Made by a program: the position numbers and the translations under genes
Assembly: GCA_964580075.1 (NCBI GenBank)
Contig: CAZOJL010000005.1
Location: 8,013 to 60,869, forward strand
From: an uncultured Akkermansia sp.
GTDB lineage: Bacteria > Verrucomicrobiota > Kiritimatiellia > RFP12 > JAAYNR01
Reading direction: 5' to 3'
DNA: 52,857 nucleotides
The notes under the pieces: generated by a model
What the model was told of the DNA's origin: nothing
Databases searched by the model: none
The model's input: only the letters and a program-made list of their open reading frames with translations
Shown here: positions 16,813-27,364 of the stretch, piece by piece
Numbering within the stretch: position 1 is the first letter of the stretch
Layout: each line of letters starts with the position of its first letter

Positions 16813-17873
16813 TATTTTCCCTTGAGCAAACGGATGTATGCTCGCGCCAGCTTGATATCCTCGATCGCATCTTCGGCCGTGCACATCGTCGGACGCTTAC
16901 CGGCTATGGCATCCACGAAATTCTGCGCCTGCTGCCACATCGCATGCACCCAGGGCAACTGCGGAATCTCGGTCTTTGGCTGCACGCCGTTGCCGGGATC
17001 GCGGAAGATCTCCACCCGCCCAGGGCGGTTAAACGCCACGGGCGCGGGCAGTTCCAGCTTCACCCAGCCGCGCTCAAAGCAGACCAGCGCGCTCTCCTGC
17101 CAATCAATCGTCGTCTGATACGGGCTCATCTCGATCGAACACGTGACGCCGCTCGCGCTTTCCCCCGCCAGCAGCACGCCGGACTTCGCCGCATAGTTCA
17201 CCTGCCAGGTATCACCCAGCAGATGCCGCATCAGATTCACCTGGTGGATGTAATAGTTTACAAAACCATTATAGGCATTGTTCGTATCACCATCCATGTC
17301 CGACGCCGGCGGATCCCATTGAAGTTCCGGATTGGGATCGTCGCTCCAGATATTCTGATTGAAGCCGTTGGCAATCCAGTCGCCGGCCGGCATCAGAATT
17401 CGGATGTAGGTGAGCTTGCCGAGCTCGCCGGAGGCCTGGAGCTTTTCGATTTCCGCCTTGGCGAGCATGGTTGCCGGATCGGACCGCTTGTGGTAGCCGA
17501 TCATCATCCATGTCTTGCTGGCTTTTACGGCTTTGACGATCTTCTCCCCCTGCTCGATGGATCCGGCGATCGGTTTCTCAGTCAGCACCGGCTTGCCCGC
17601 CTGGAGCAACTCGGGCACCAGCGTGCCATGGCGGGTGAACTGCTGCGAGGCGACGATGCCGTCCAGCTTCTCCTTGGCCAGCATCTCCTCGTGAGAGGCA
17701 TAGACCGTGGGCACGCGCCACTTGGCGGCGACTTGCCTTGCCAGTCCCGGCTTCACTTCCGCCAGCGCCACGACCTCGCAGTTGGGCACCATGACATAGC
17801 TGCGCAGATGCGCCGCCTGCCCCATCCCGCCCACGCCCACAAACCCAATCCGCACCTTCTTCTCATCACTCAT
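16812..17873 (-). CDS. Gfo/Idh/MocA family oxidoreductase
   Basis: RIGFVGVGGMG Rossmann motif, EKP motif, AAGGAG RBS. Confidence 0.9.
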   Translation of the reverse strand: MSDEKKVRIGFVGVGGMGQAAHLRSYVMVPNCEVVALAEVKPGLARQVAAKWRVPTVYASHEEMLAKEKLDGIVASQQFTRHGTLVPELLQAGKPVLTEKPIAGSIEQGEKIVKAVKASKTWMMIGYHKRSDPATMLAKAEIEKLQASGELGKLTYIRILMPAGDWIANGFNQNIWSDDPNPELQWDPPASDMDGDTNNAYNGFVNYYIHQVNLMRHLLGDTWQVNYAAKSGVLLAGESASGVTCSIEMSPYQTTIDWQESALVCFERGWVKLELPAPVAFNRPGRVEIFRDPGNGVQPKTEIPQLPWVHAMWQQAQNFVDAIAGKRPTMCTAEDAIEDIKLARAYIRLLKGK

Positions 17874-17929
17874 AGACACTCCTTGATACTTGAGTTTCTG
17901 AACACTGTGTTACAAACACCCGACACTCC

Positions 17930-19348
17930 TTACGCATTCGCCAATTTGCCAAACCGGTTGGCAATGGCCAAGGCCGGATCCACCGGCACCTCCTGCCGCG
18001 TGACGTCCTTCGGAACCGTGATCGCCGGAACCGTGCGCAGCTTCTTACCCGCAAACTGGGGCAGGAACCTGGCCTCGGCATCCAGCATCTCCGCGGTCAT
18101 TCGGCGGATATCATCCAGCGTCAACACGGCCGCCGTCAGCGGATCCAGCGCGATGGCCTGCATGACCAGCTCCGGATCTCCCGTAAAGCTCGCCTCCACC
18201 GCCAGTTGCTGCACCAGCACGTTCGTCATGTTCAACGCGGCGCATTGCGGCGGGAGGTTCCCGACCACCGTGGCGTGCAAGCCCATGCGATCAACATAGA
18301 TCGGAACTTCGACACAGCACCCGTTGGGGAGGTTCGTGATGTAGCCGTCGTTGCGGATGTTGCCGTTGAGGCGGAAGATGTTGCCGGTTTCCTTGGCCTC
18401 GATGATGTGCGAACAGTACTCCGCGCTGCGGGGAGCGAGTTTCGTGGACTCGATGGAGAGCGGATCCATCTTGGCGAACTTCTCCGCAAGCATGGCGCAA
18501 TACTTGTAGTAGGCGCCCGTCTCTCCGCCAAACGCCGGCTCGTCGCAGTACAGGTCGAGCGCCTTCTGGTTCTTCCGGAAATACGGGAGGTACTCGGAGA
18601 GATGCCCGGTGCTTTCGGTCATGAAGTACCCGAAATGCCGCATCACCTCGGCTCGGACTTTCTCGTTCACATAGTATCCGGGCTTCTCGAAGTTGCGCTT
18701 CAGCGTCGGATAGAGATCCCGCCCCTCATGCTCCAGTTTAAGGAACCACGCCATGTGATTGATTCCCGCGGCCACGTAGTCAATTTCATCCTTCTTCACC
18801 CCCACATAGCTGGAAATCAGGTCCATGGTGGTCTGCACGCCGTGGCAAAGTCCCACGAACTGGAGACCCGGAACACGCCCCAGCGCCAGGCAACACATCG
18901 CCATCGGGTTGGCGTAGTTGAACAGAATGGCGTTTGGACAGAGCTCCTGCATGTCGCGCGCGATCTCCAGCAGGGCCGGTATGTGCCGCAATGCCCGGAA
19001 CACGCCGCCCGGTCCCAGAGTATCCGCGATGCAGTTATCCACCCCGTACTTCATCGGAATTTCATAATCCTGCCGAAACTCCTCCACGCCGCCAGCCTGG
19101 ATCATGACCACGACGTAGTCCGCACCCGCGAGCGCCTCGCGGCGGTCGGTGGTCGACGTCACCGTCGCCTTCACCTGATTGTCACGGATCATGCGGCTGA
19201 CGAAGTCGCGCATCTTGTCGAGCCGCTTGTGCGTCAGCGCCATCAGGCAGTATTCACTCCCCTCCAGCGCCGGCGTCGCCAGAAAATCAGACATCAGTGT
19301 CTTGCTGAACACGAGGCTTCCCGCCCCAATCAATGCCACCTTCGCCAT
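17930..19348 (-). CDS. Family 4 glycoside hydrolase (NAD+/Mn2+-dependent alpha-galactosidase/glucosidase, MelA-like)
   Basis: KVALIGAGS, DTLGPGG, NYANPM, GLCHG, GINHMAW, TESTGHLSEY. GGGAGG RBS before the ATG at 19348. Confidence 0.92.
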   Translation of the reverse strand: MAKVALIGAGSLVFSKTLMSDFLATPALEGSEYCLMALTHKRLDKMRDFVSRMIRDNQVKATVTSTTDRREALAGADYVVVMIQAGGVEEFRQDYEIPMKYGVDNCIADTLGPGGVFRALRHIPALLEIARDMQELCPNAILFNYANPMAMCCLALGRVPGLQFVGLCHGVQTTMDLISSYVGVKKDEIDYVAAGINHMAWFLKLEHEGRDLYPTLKRNFEKPGYYVNEKVRAEVMRHFGYFMTESTGHLSEYLPYFRKNQKALDLYCDEPAFGGETGAYYKYCAMLAEKFAKMDPLSIESTKLAPRSAEYCSHIIEAKETGNIFRLNGNIRNDGYITNLPNGCCVEVPIYVDRMGLHATVVGNLPPQCAALNMTNVLVQQLAVEASFTGDPELVMQAIALDPLTAAVLTLDDIRRMTAEMLDAEARFLPQFAGKKLRTVPAITVPKDVTRQEVPVDPALAIANRFGKLANA

Positions 19349-19460
19349 GATGACCTCCCGTATTGCGATGTTGAGGGTTGACGTCCAAACGGACGCCTTG
19401 CAAAAAACACACGTATTAAATACGATCTTCGGCTCTGAAATCAACCACAATCAGATTCCG

Positions 19461-22400
19461 TCAGTCAAACTGGGGCACATCCCCCTCCTCATTCATTTCC
19501 ATCAGATATTCCAGATCCAGGGCGTCTCCACTCACATACGCCTCGATCTGCGCCGTGCGCACGAACCCGTCCGTGCGGCCCAGGTCCATGTCGTCATGGC
19601 GACCGGCCCAGACGTAGCGCATGCTGTCGATCTCGTATTCAGGGCACGGGAAGATGTTGACGAGTTGCCTGTTCTCAGATACCACACCGATGCGCGCCCA
19701 TTGTCCGGCGGTGCTGCGCACTTCCACGGCATACCGGAACGCCGTGCGTTCGCGGACACTCTCGCCCTCTGTGATCACCGGCCCGGTCGTGTCCTCGTAG
19801 ACCGCAATCGTTGAAAGCGCCGACGGCCTGTCGAAACGGACGACCGCATCCGCATAGGCCAGGACGCCCTCCGGGCGCCCGGATATCTTGTCCCACACCG
19901 TCTTATTGTTGGCAATCGCTCCATTGACCAACAGGAGGGGAACGGTCGGGCTCTTGACATCGATCTCCTGTGTGGCGGTTACTCCGTCGTTCAAGGCATA
20001 CAACATGCAGGTGAACGCGCCGGAAGGCTTGGAACCGGAGCCGGGACCGCCGTCAAACAACATGTTCCGCCCCGGAAACCGAATAGCCGACACGACGACA
20101 TCGCCGATCACGACCGGAATGCTGCTGGTCTCGACCTTGTCGAAGCTCCGCTGTGTAGTATTCCGCACGGTGACGACAGATGGCAGAATCGCCCGCATCG
20201 TCAGCGTCACGTCATCACCCACGTCGGCGCGAAACGCGAACCGGCGCCGCTCCAGCGTGGAATCCACCGGCAACCGGACCGTGCAAGGAAGATTCCGTGA
20301 CTTCTGTTTCCCGACGACGGAGATTTCCAGGCGCAGGAGCGATGCGGTGTTGGTGGGAATGCCGACCCCGTTGAGCAACTCGACGAGGTAGGTGGTTCCG
20401 GCCGCCACCTTGATCGGCGGCAGTGTGACAATCCCGCTCAACGTGCCGAGATAACCGGGCTTGTCGCCGTTACCCGTCACGGGATCCGCCGGTTTGAGCA
20501 GCTCTCGCATCCGCTCCGGCGGGGCGAGGTTGGGTCCGAAGGAAACACACTTCGCGGGCAACGACTTCAGGTACGACGGTTCAGGCGGCAGGGGTTGCGG
20601 CGTCCGGCCCGCCTCTGTGGGCACGTCGCCCATGCGCTCCTGTTTGACGTACTTCTCCGCGGTGATGCTGTTGCCGATGTTCAGGTCCGTCTCGCGCCGG
20701 AGCTTTCCATCGGCGGCATTGAACAGACGCACCACGCCGTCGCGACCGGCGGTCGCGATGGTCTTCCCGTCCGGCGAGAATCGCAGGATGGATGCCGACG
20801 GGGTTTCCGTTTCCCACAGCAGCGTCCCGTCCGACGCGAACAGCAGCGAGCGGTTGACGGAGGTCGCCACCGCGAAGGACTTGTTGTCCGGCGCGGGCGT
20901 AATGGCGACAACTCGGCCGGGCACCTTCAGATCCTGACCCGCGCCGCCGTCGAGCGGGAGGAAGTACATGCGTGACGCCGGGCCATTCCGATCAAAGTGG
21001 TCGTTTTCCGCAATCAACAGTGCCTTCCGTCCCGGCACCTGCAGCACCCAGTCCGGACTGCCGCTCAAGGAAGCCATCGCCGTCCCTTCGCGTCCATCCG
21101 CCGCGATCAGTTCGTGCGCGGAATTATCGTCGGCCATGACGATAAATCGGTCATCCAGGGCGATGACCTTGCCGGCATTGAGCGGGATGCCTGCGCGCTG
21201 CCACAGCACCTTTCCGGTCGCACAGTCGAGCCCCAGGACCGAGGGTGCGATGATCGCGTTGCGGGCTCCTTTCGCAAAGGCGGAAACCAGCAAGACGCGC
21301 CGGTCTCCGCTGATGGCGCGCGGCGACACGTCGCGCACGGCGCTCAGGTCGGGCGAACGGGTGCCGTCTTCATAGCGCCAGAGGATGCGGCCCTGCGGAT
21401 CCAGCGCCAGCAGGCGGTCGGAACCGCCCTGAAAGGCCCTGCCGGCCTTCGGGTCTTCCACCAGGGACGCCTTGGAAGCCCTGCTGATCCACCCGCGCGT
21501 GAGATCGTATTGATAAACGGAATCCCAGAGCCAGATGCGCAGCAGCGTGTCGCTGAGCGGCGTGAGATACCGCCCCCACCGGTACCAGTTGGGGAACACC
21601 TGGGTTTCCGGAGGCATCCGTTTATCCAGGATAGTGCCATCTGAATCCATGACAAACACCCACTCTCCGTAGGAAAGCGTCGCGGCAAACAAGCGGTTGC
21701 CGCCCGGCGCGAAATCCAGGCTCACGATCGGAGTGCCCCCCAGGACGTCGGCCATGTTCTCCAGGGGCGTTGGCGCGCCGCCGCGGACAACCACCGGCTT
21801 CTGTTCCGGCGTGGGTTCCGGCACCGGCGCGGCTTCGGGCAGCTTTAATCCGGCGAGGCATGTCACCGCCGCCTCGGCTCCGGCCGTGTCGTGGCAGCCG
21901 ACGTAGAGTGCGTCGTACCCGGCACGGAACGGCGACCAGACGTAGTGCACGAAGAACCCACCCGGCGCGGGGTAGTTGTCGGTTGGAACCCGCCGCAGGT
22001 ACGGCGCCAGGTCGGCCACGGCGCGATGGTTCGCCGGCGTGCCGAACAGGACCACGTCGGCATCGTGCCGCAGCCGCGGCCCGGCTTCTGAATAGCCGGC
22101 ACCGGGGTTGCCGTAATCCGTCTTTGTGATGTTTCCAAACTTGTCCTTCTCGAACGGCGCCCACACACTCATGTTGATGCGCCACGCCCAGGCGGACTCG
22201 TTCGTGACGCTGTTGAGCACTTCGAGGTCCTCCTTCTGGAGATACCATCGCAGCGGGAGAGGCCGGATATCCGCCGTGTCCCACGTCGTCACGCGCGCCT
22301 CGCGGCCAGCCTGCTTCAGCATGGACGCCACCTTCTCCGCCGCCGGGCGGAACGCATCCTGCCCCTCGTCCAGAAGAATGGTGACCGGTCCCCTCCCCTT

Positions 22401-25400
22401 GCGATTGGAAAAGAAGGTCAGGATCTTCTCCTCGCCGCCGATCAGGTCCGGCGCCTGCCGGACAGCCACCGCAGCCGGCGCGGCGGGGTCCAATGGCTGG
22501 CTGGCGGTTGTGCCGAGCACCAGGTCGCGCAGAATCAGCTCCGGCCGCGCGCCGGCCGACATGGCCGGCACGGGAACATCGAACGGGTGGTCAGGCCCGA
22601 TGGAGGCGAACTGGTGGAGCAACGTCGCGCCGTCCGGTCCTTTCAACGTCACCTCGAAAGGCATGGGATCGGCCAGCAGCTTGCCCTCGGCATCGGCGAG
22701 CCCGCCGGTGAGGCGCGCGTTGATCGGCGATGTGCGGTCCACGCGGATGGTCATGCTTTTGGGCTCCCGCCGGGTGAGCAGGTAGATTTTCCCCTCGGCA
22801 CGGGTCAGTTCCAGGGGGACGCGCTGGCCCTTCGCCGTGCTCTCCACGGGCGCGGGTTTGCCGGTTAGCAGGTTGTGAACATACCAGCCTTTCTCGACCT
22901 GCAGTTCGCCGATCTTGGGCAACACATTCTGCTGCCGGAAGCGGCTCGATTTCTCATCCGGAAAGGTCACTGCCAGCGGCACCTCGGTTTGGTCGGTCAC
23001 AAAGCAGATGATCGTGTCCTTCCCGGCCAGCGGCGAGATGAGCACATCCGTGTCCGGGGTGGTCACCGGCGGCTGGGGCGTCCTGGCGAACGCGGCTGTC
23101 AGGGCCTTTTCTTTCTTGAGGAAGATGTCCCAGACGTAGACGAACTCATATTCTCCGCCCGCCTGCGCCCCGCCCCAACTGCTCGAAAGATTCTGGCCGT
23201 CGTAGGCAAGTCCGAGGGATCGTCCGGGCAACTCCTTGCTGCACGAATCGTCCTTCAGGATGACGCCACCCCCCGCTTCGAAGGCGCGGAAGGCCTCCAT
23301 GATTTCAGGCGGCAGGTCCGTCCCGATGCTGACCAGCAGCAGCACCTTGTACTTGGCGAGTTCGCCAGCCTCCACGTCGCGGGGTCCCACCATCATGGCC
23401 GGCCGGCGTATGCGGGCCAGATCGTGCAAGGCCGTGAACACCCCGTTTCTCGATTTGGAATAGTAAATGGCCACATCCGGCAGCGGATCGAAGGTTGTGA
23501 ACCAGGACCCGAACCGTTCAAAAACGCGCGCAAGACCAATGATATCAGGGTCCGTGGTGTCACAAAACCCGGTAAAGGCAAACCCATCGACGCCCCGCCC
23601 GGCCGCTCCAAAAGCCGCTGGCACCATTTGAGCCCGACTGTTATGGGTCTGGATCGCCAGTTGGATCTTCTGCTTCTCCTGGTTGTCCATGGCCATGATC
23701 GCCGGGGCGCGGAAGCAGTCAAAGGGCGACATGAAGCGTTCGGAGAAGTCCACAGCGCTTCGGTGCGACTTCTCGTACCATTCCCAGTACTTAATGCCGC
23801 CGGCGAGGCTGGGTGATGAAACGTGGGCGTGATGGGTCAGCCCCGGCATGATCTCATTCAGATCGGCATACCATTCCGCGAACGTGTTCGGCAGTAGCAT
23901 GCTCCACCCGTTCGGCTGCACCCCGTTCACGTACCTCATCTGATCCTCTGTAAGCCCCGGAATATCCGCCAGTTCCTTCGGCCACTTGTCCGAAAGCTTC
24001 TTGCCGATCGGCTTGAGGTGCGCATATTTCGCGACAACGTTCGGCCACATCTCCTGCGTGAGTTTCCACGCCGCCGCCTCCGACTGCGCGGCGGCCTCCG
24101 GCTGCCATGCATCCAGACGAGGACCGGAATCGCTCCACCAACCATTGCCGCTTGTCTGCCAATTCCATCCGTAATCGAAGCCGTCGACCCCAGGATAATC
24201 GGCATGTGTCTGCGCATAGAGCGCCATACGCCGCCGCACCCACGCCAGATTCTCGGGCAGCGTGTGCTTCGGGTTGCACGCCTCGTACGAATGCGCTTCG
24301 GGCCAAGTCGGCGCGTTGTGCGCCCCCATGGCGACCGCGCTCATGCCATGCCGCTCATTCATGCCCGGCCGCGCGAACATTTCACGCACCGGTCCGAACG
24401 GCGCATGAGCGTACGCGCCGAACACCCCGTCGAGCGCCCCGTCCCCGTCCGCCAGGAACGGCCCCATGCCCGGCCCGCCCGGCGGCACCTCCACGTAGGA
24501 ATTGATCGGCGAGCCCGGAAAGGGTTTCGCGGCTATCGTATGTATGCCAAAGGAGTAGATATCGAAATCGCTCAGCCGCTCGCGCTGGCAGATCCGGAAC
24601 CGGAACGGATACCCGGCCACACCGTCCGCCTCGACGGAGGCCGTGTACTCGCCCGCCGCCAGCGCGGCCGTGTCCACCGCCAGGCGCCCGCTGATATCTG
24701 TCGAGCCGTCGCCGCCCACCGAAACGGCGATCCGGGCCACGGTGGCATCGAGCCCCACACCGCGCAGTCGCACCGGCCATTCCGCAGCAGTCGATCCTGC
24801 CTTGCGACGGGCGACCCAGAGCAGATCCAGCCTGTCCCCGCGCCGGAGCAACGCGCGGTTGTTGACGGTAAACAGCGAGACGGCGGCGACCGGCGTGTCG
24901 CCAATCAACGCCACGCCCAGCGTCTGCCCCTGCAACGGACTGCCGTCGGTCGCCGCAACCCGCAACCGCCAGAGGCCGGGCTTGGCGGGCAGTGTGCCCG
25001 TAAACACGCCTGCCGCGGACGTGAGTTCCATTTTACCGCCCGTCACGCCGTCCGCAACGGCCACAACGTCTATCTTCAGCGCCTCCGGAATTGCCGCCTT
25101 GCCCGCCGCCGATGTGATGCGGCACGACCACTCGGCTCCCGGCGTGGCCTCCAGCGGCACCGTCTCCACCGCCCAGCACGTGCCGTCGGCCACGTTGCAG
25201 ACGAGGTGCCTGTGCGGCCAGCGCGTGTCGGATGCTGGAAGGCGGGCCGTCAATCCGCCAATCTGCACAACCGGATTTCCGGTCGCCGGGACCATCACCA
25301 TCCCGGACCCGCTGCCGGCGTCCCGCGCCGCCGTGCTCCCCTTGCCCGTTTCCGATTTCGCGCCGCCACCGGGTATCCTCAGCCCCTCGTTGACGATCAC

Positions 25401-26327
25401 CGACTCGGATCCGCACACGATCTTCACTTCACCGGCTGATCCAAACCAACTCACCCCGAGCGGGTTCATGACGGCAGCGACAACAGGCTTCCCGACCGGC
25501 ATATCGACAAAGACCGTACGGTCATCGTCGCAACGGGCCTTCGCGTCCGGCGCCAGCTTGACTTTTCCCTCGCCGCTCACTTCGAACGTCACCCCATTGA
25601 CGTTATAGGCGCCCCCCTCGGAAGAGGCCGGCAGGTAAACCGTGACGCGCCGGAACCCGGAACCCATGGCGGTTCCCGGTGCCAGCATGTTCTGCTTGTC
25701 ATACTCGGAAAACAGGCTATCCAATCCGCCAAGCAAAGCCGTGGCGCCGAGCGAAAGCTGTATCGGCCCGGAAACAGATCGCTTTCGTTCCAGCAGCTTC
25801 ACCGTAACCGGGTAACAGATCATTTCGATGTGAGACGCCTTGGGGGCAATGCGCAACCGGGGGTCGTCGGTCGTCAGCGTCCCGTCGTCGGCCACCGTGA
25901 ATTCCATTCCGAACGGATGAAGCACGTGCTTCCCTGCGGCTAGCCGGATCGTCTCCGCGGCGCGACGATCAAGCCGGAAGTTCAGCATGGCCTCCGCATC
26001 TACGGAATCGTCCGGAAGCCCGAAGACCTCATTCAGGATGGCGGCCGACAGGGCCGAATCGGGGTTGCCCTCCCCCGCCTGCTTGAGCAGTTTCTGTTGC
26101 ACCGAGGCGTACTGGAAAACATAACCGTCGTCTACGCGGAGGGTGAACGGCCACGTCGTGATATCCCATCCGCCGAACGGCGACTTCCACAAGGCCTGCT
26201 TCTCCTCGATCGAAACGGCGTTCTCCCTGGGTCCGGAAACCAGCGTCACGGTCACGTCGGCGCCTTTCACCGTCACCGCTGCCACGATACTCAACACAGC
26301 CATCACTCTCATCAATCGACGCATCAT
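19461..26327 (-). CDS. Very large secreted multidomain protein (~2290 aa) with a beta-galactosidase-trimerisation-like segment and a PQQ/WD40-like propeller
   Basis: Uninterrupted ORF with signal peptide MMRRLMRVMAVLSIVAAVTVKG. PDVAIYYS...ELAKYKVLLL...FEAGGGVIL segment; FSPDGKTIATAGRDGVVRLF WD-like repeat. GAGGAG RBS. Confidence 0.7.
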   Translation of the reverse strand: MMRRLMRVMAVLSIVAAVTVKGADVTVTLVSGPRENAVSIEEKQALWKSPFGGWDITTWPFTLRVDDGYVFQYASVQQKLLKQAGEGNPDSALSAAILNEVFGLPDDSVDAEAMLNFRLDRRAAETIRLAAGKHVLHPFGMEFTVADDGTLTTDDPRLRIAPKASHIEMICYPVTVKLLERKRSVSGPIQLSLGATALLGGLDSLFSEYDKQNMLAPGTAMGSGFRRVTVYLPASSEGGAYNVNGVTFEVSGEGKVKLAPDAKARCDDDRTVFVDMPVGKPVVAAVMNPLGVSWFGSAGEVKIVCGSESVIVNEGLRIPGGGAKSETGKGSTAARDAGSGSGMVMVPATGNPVVQIGGLTARLPASDTRWPHRHLVCNVADGTCWAVETVPLEATPGAEWSCRITSAAGKAAIPEALKIDVVAVADGVTGGKMELTSAAGVFTGTLPAKPGLWRLRVAATDGSPLQGQTLGVALIGDTPVAAVSLFTVNNRALLRRGDRLDLLWVARRKAGSTAAEWPVRLRGVGLDATVARIAVSVGGDGSTDISGRLAVDTAALAAGEYTASVEADGVAGYPFRFRICQRERLSDFDIYSFGIHTIAAKPFPGSPINSYVEVPPGGPGMGPFLADGDGALDGVFGAYAHAPFGPVREMFARPGMNERHGMSAVAMGAHNAPTWPEAHSYEACNPKHTLPENLAWVRRRMALYAQTHADYPGVDGFDYGWNWQTSGNGWWSDSGPRLDAWQPEAAAQSEAAAWKLTQEMWPNVVAKYAHLKPIGKKLSDKWPKELADIPGLTEDQMRYVNGVQPNGWSMLLPNTFAEWYADLNEIMPGLTHHAHVSSPSLAGGIKYWEWYEKSHRSAVDFSERFMSPFDCFRAPAIMAMDNQEKQKIQLAIQTHNSRAQMVPAAFGAAGRGVDGFAFTGFCDTTDPDIIGLARVFERFGSWFTTFDPLPDVAIYYSKSRNGVFTALHDLARIRRPAMMVGPRDVEAGELAKYKVLLLVSIGTDLPPEIMEAFRAFEAGGGVILKDDSCSKELPGRSLGLAYDGQNLSSSWGGAQAGGEYEFVYVWDIFLKKEKALTAAFARTPQPPVTTPDTDVLISPLAGKDTIICFVTDQTEVPLAVTFPDEKSSRFRQQNVLPKIGELQVEKGWYVHNLLTGKPAPVESTAKGQRVPLELTRAEGKIYLLTRREPKSMTIRVDRTSPINARLTGGLADAEGKLLADPMPFEVTLKGPDGATLLHQFASIGPDHPFDVPVPAMSAGARPELILRDLVLGTTASQPLDPAAPAAVAVRQAPDLIGGEEKILTFFSNRKGRGPVTILLDEGQDAFRPAAEKVASMLKQAGREARVTTWDTADIRPLPLRWYLQKEDLEVLNSVTNESAWAWRINMSVWAPFEKDKFGNITKTDYGNPGAGYSEAGPRLRHDADVVLFGTPANHRAVADLAPYLRRVPTDNYPAPGGFFVHYVWSPFRAGYDALYVGCHDTAGAEAAVTCLAGLKLPEAAPVPEPTPEQKPVVVRGGAPTPLENMADVLGGTPIVSLDFAPGGNRLFAATLSYGEWVFVMDSDGTILDKRMPPETQVFPNWYRWGRYLTPLSDTLLRIWLWDSVYQYDLTRGWISRASKASLVEDPKAGRAFQGGSDRLLALDPQGRILWRYEDGTRSPDLSAVRDVSPRAISGDRRVLLVSAFAKGARNAIIAPSVLGLDCATGKVLWQRAGIPLNAGKVIALDDRFIVMADDNSAHELIAADGREGTAMASLSGSPDWVLQVPGRKALLIAENDHFDRNGPASRMYFLPLDGGAGQDLKVPGRVVAITPAPDNKSFAVATSVNRSLLFASDGTLLWETETPSASILRFSPDGKTIATAGRDGVVRLFNAADGKLRRETDLNIGNSITAEKYVKQERMGDVPTEAGRTPQPLPPEPSYLKSLPAKCVSFGPNLAPPERMRELLKPADPVTGNGDKPGYLGTLSGIVTLPPIKVAAGTTYLVELLNGVGIPTNTASLLRLEISVVGKQKSRNLPCTVRLPVDSTLERRRFAFRADVGDDVTLTMRAILPSVVTVRNTTQRSFDKVETSSIPVVIGDVVVSAIRFPGRNMLFDGGPGSGSKPSGAFTCMLYALNDGVTATQEIDVKSPTVPLLLVNGAIANNKTVWDKISGRPEGVLAYADAVVRFDRPSALSTIAVYEDTTGPVITEGESVRERTAFRYAVEVRSTAGQWARIGVVSENRQLVNIFPCPEYEIDSMRYVWAGRHDDMDLGRTDGFVRTAQIEAYVSGDALDLEYLMEMNEEGDVPQFD

Positions 26328-26483
26328 GTTTGGATCCTCCTCATGCCCTGTCGTCAACAAACCCATTGGTCAGAAGATATAGCCTGCTCCGCCCAAACGC
26401 AAGCCATCATTTCTCACGATGGCCGATGCAGTGGTAATACATTGCACTTGTCAGATGCCGACAGCCTGTTTATGATTCATAGA

Positions 26484-26590
26484 CGATCAGTGATCGGTGT
26501 TCAGGTGTCCGTTGGATGCCAATGCCAGTTGCATGACCAAGGGCATCACCATTGGGTGCGAAGCCCACTGATCACGGATTACGGATCACG
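26484..26590. repeat. Heptamer-arm palindromic element with CACCATTGGGTG core
   Basis: Homologous to 43845-43960 (GGATGCCAATG..TGCAT.ACCA.GGGCA.CACCATT.GG.GCGAAGCCCACTGATCAC). Confidence 0.8.
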
Positions 26591-26626
26591 TAAAGCGAAT
26601 GGGTAAGCTGAACTGACGGATTGCGG

Positions 26627-27178
26627 ATGAATGTACTGATCCCCTTGGCCGAGGGCTTTGAAGAGAGTGAAGCCGTGGTTGTGATTGACGTCCTGCGTCG
26701 CGCGGGCCTGACGGTCACCTCCGTCGCGATGCGCGACGATCTGCAGGTCACCGCTTCGCGCGGGGTGGTCCTGGTGGCCGATGCCCTCTGGGCGGCGGTT
26801 GATCCTGACGCGTTTGACGCGCTGGTGCTCCCCGGCGGGGGGCCGGGTACGGAACGGCTGAAGGCCGACACACGCATCCTCGACGCCGTGCGCGCCTTCA
26901 ATGCGCAGGGCAAGACGGTTGCAGCCATCTGCGCCGCGCCGATCGTGCTGGCGGCGGCCGGAATCCTCGACGGCCGCGCTGCCACGTGTTATCCCGGCTG
27001 CGAGAAGGCGCTTGCGGGGGCCCGCTACACGGCCCGGGGGGCGGTCGTCCACGACGACAACGTCATCACCAGCCAGGGCCCCGGCACCAGTTTTGCCTTT
27101 GCGCTGGCGCTGGTCGCGCGTCTGGCCGGAAAAGAGGTTGCCGCGAAGGTCGCAAAGGGACTGCTGGTGCAGGCGTAA
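26627..27178 (+). CDS. DJ-1/PfpI (YajL/ThiJ) family protein
   Basis: GFEESEAV..IDVLRRAG, LPGG, AAICAAP (nucleophile Cys), ITSQGPGT. Confidence 0.92.
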   Translation: MNVLIPLAEGFEESEAVVVIDVLRRAGLTVTSVAMRDDLQVTASRGVVLVADALWAAVDPDAFDALVLPGGGPGTERLKADTRILDAVRAFNAQGKTVAAICAAPIVLAAAGILDGRAATCYPGCEKALAGARYTARGAVVHDDNVITSQGPGTSFAFALALVARLAGKEVAAKVAKGLLVQA

Positions 27179-27189
27179 GACAATTGATT

Positions 27190-27335
27190 CTAAAAAGGGC
27201 AGAAGACTGTGAGGCTGTAAGGATGCACGGTAATCTGACACCATTGGGTGAACCCGATTCTTGCGAACTCCTTGAACTCATCCCTTTCCATTCCAAATAC
27301 TTCCTTCGTGATCTTCGTGTCCTTCGTGGTAAAAA
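27190..27335. repeat. Chimeric palindromic element (octamer left arm, nonamer right arm, CACCATTGGGTG core)
   Basis: Left part matches ~51132-51175; right part matches the reverse complement of ~41254-41366. Confidence 0.8.
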
Positions 27336-27364
27336 ATTGCCAACGTTATTTTCGGTGGAGGGCA

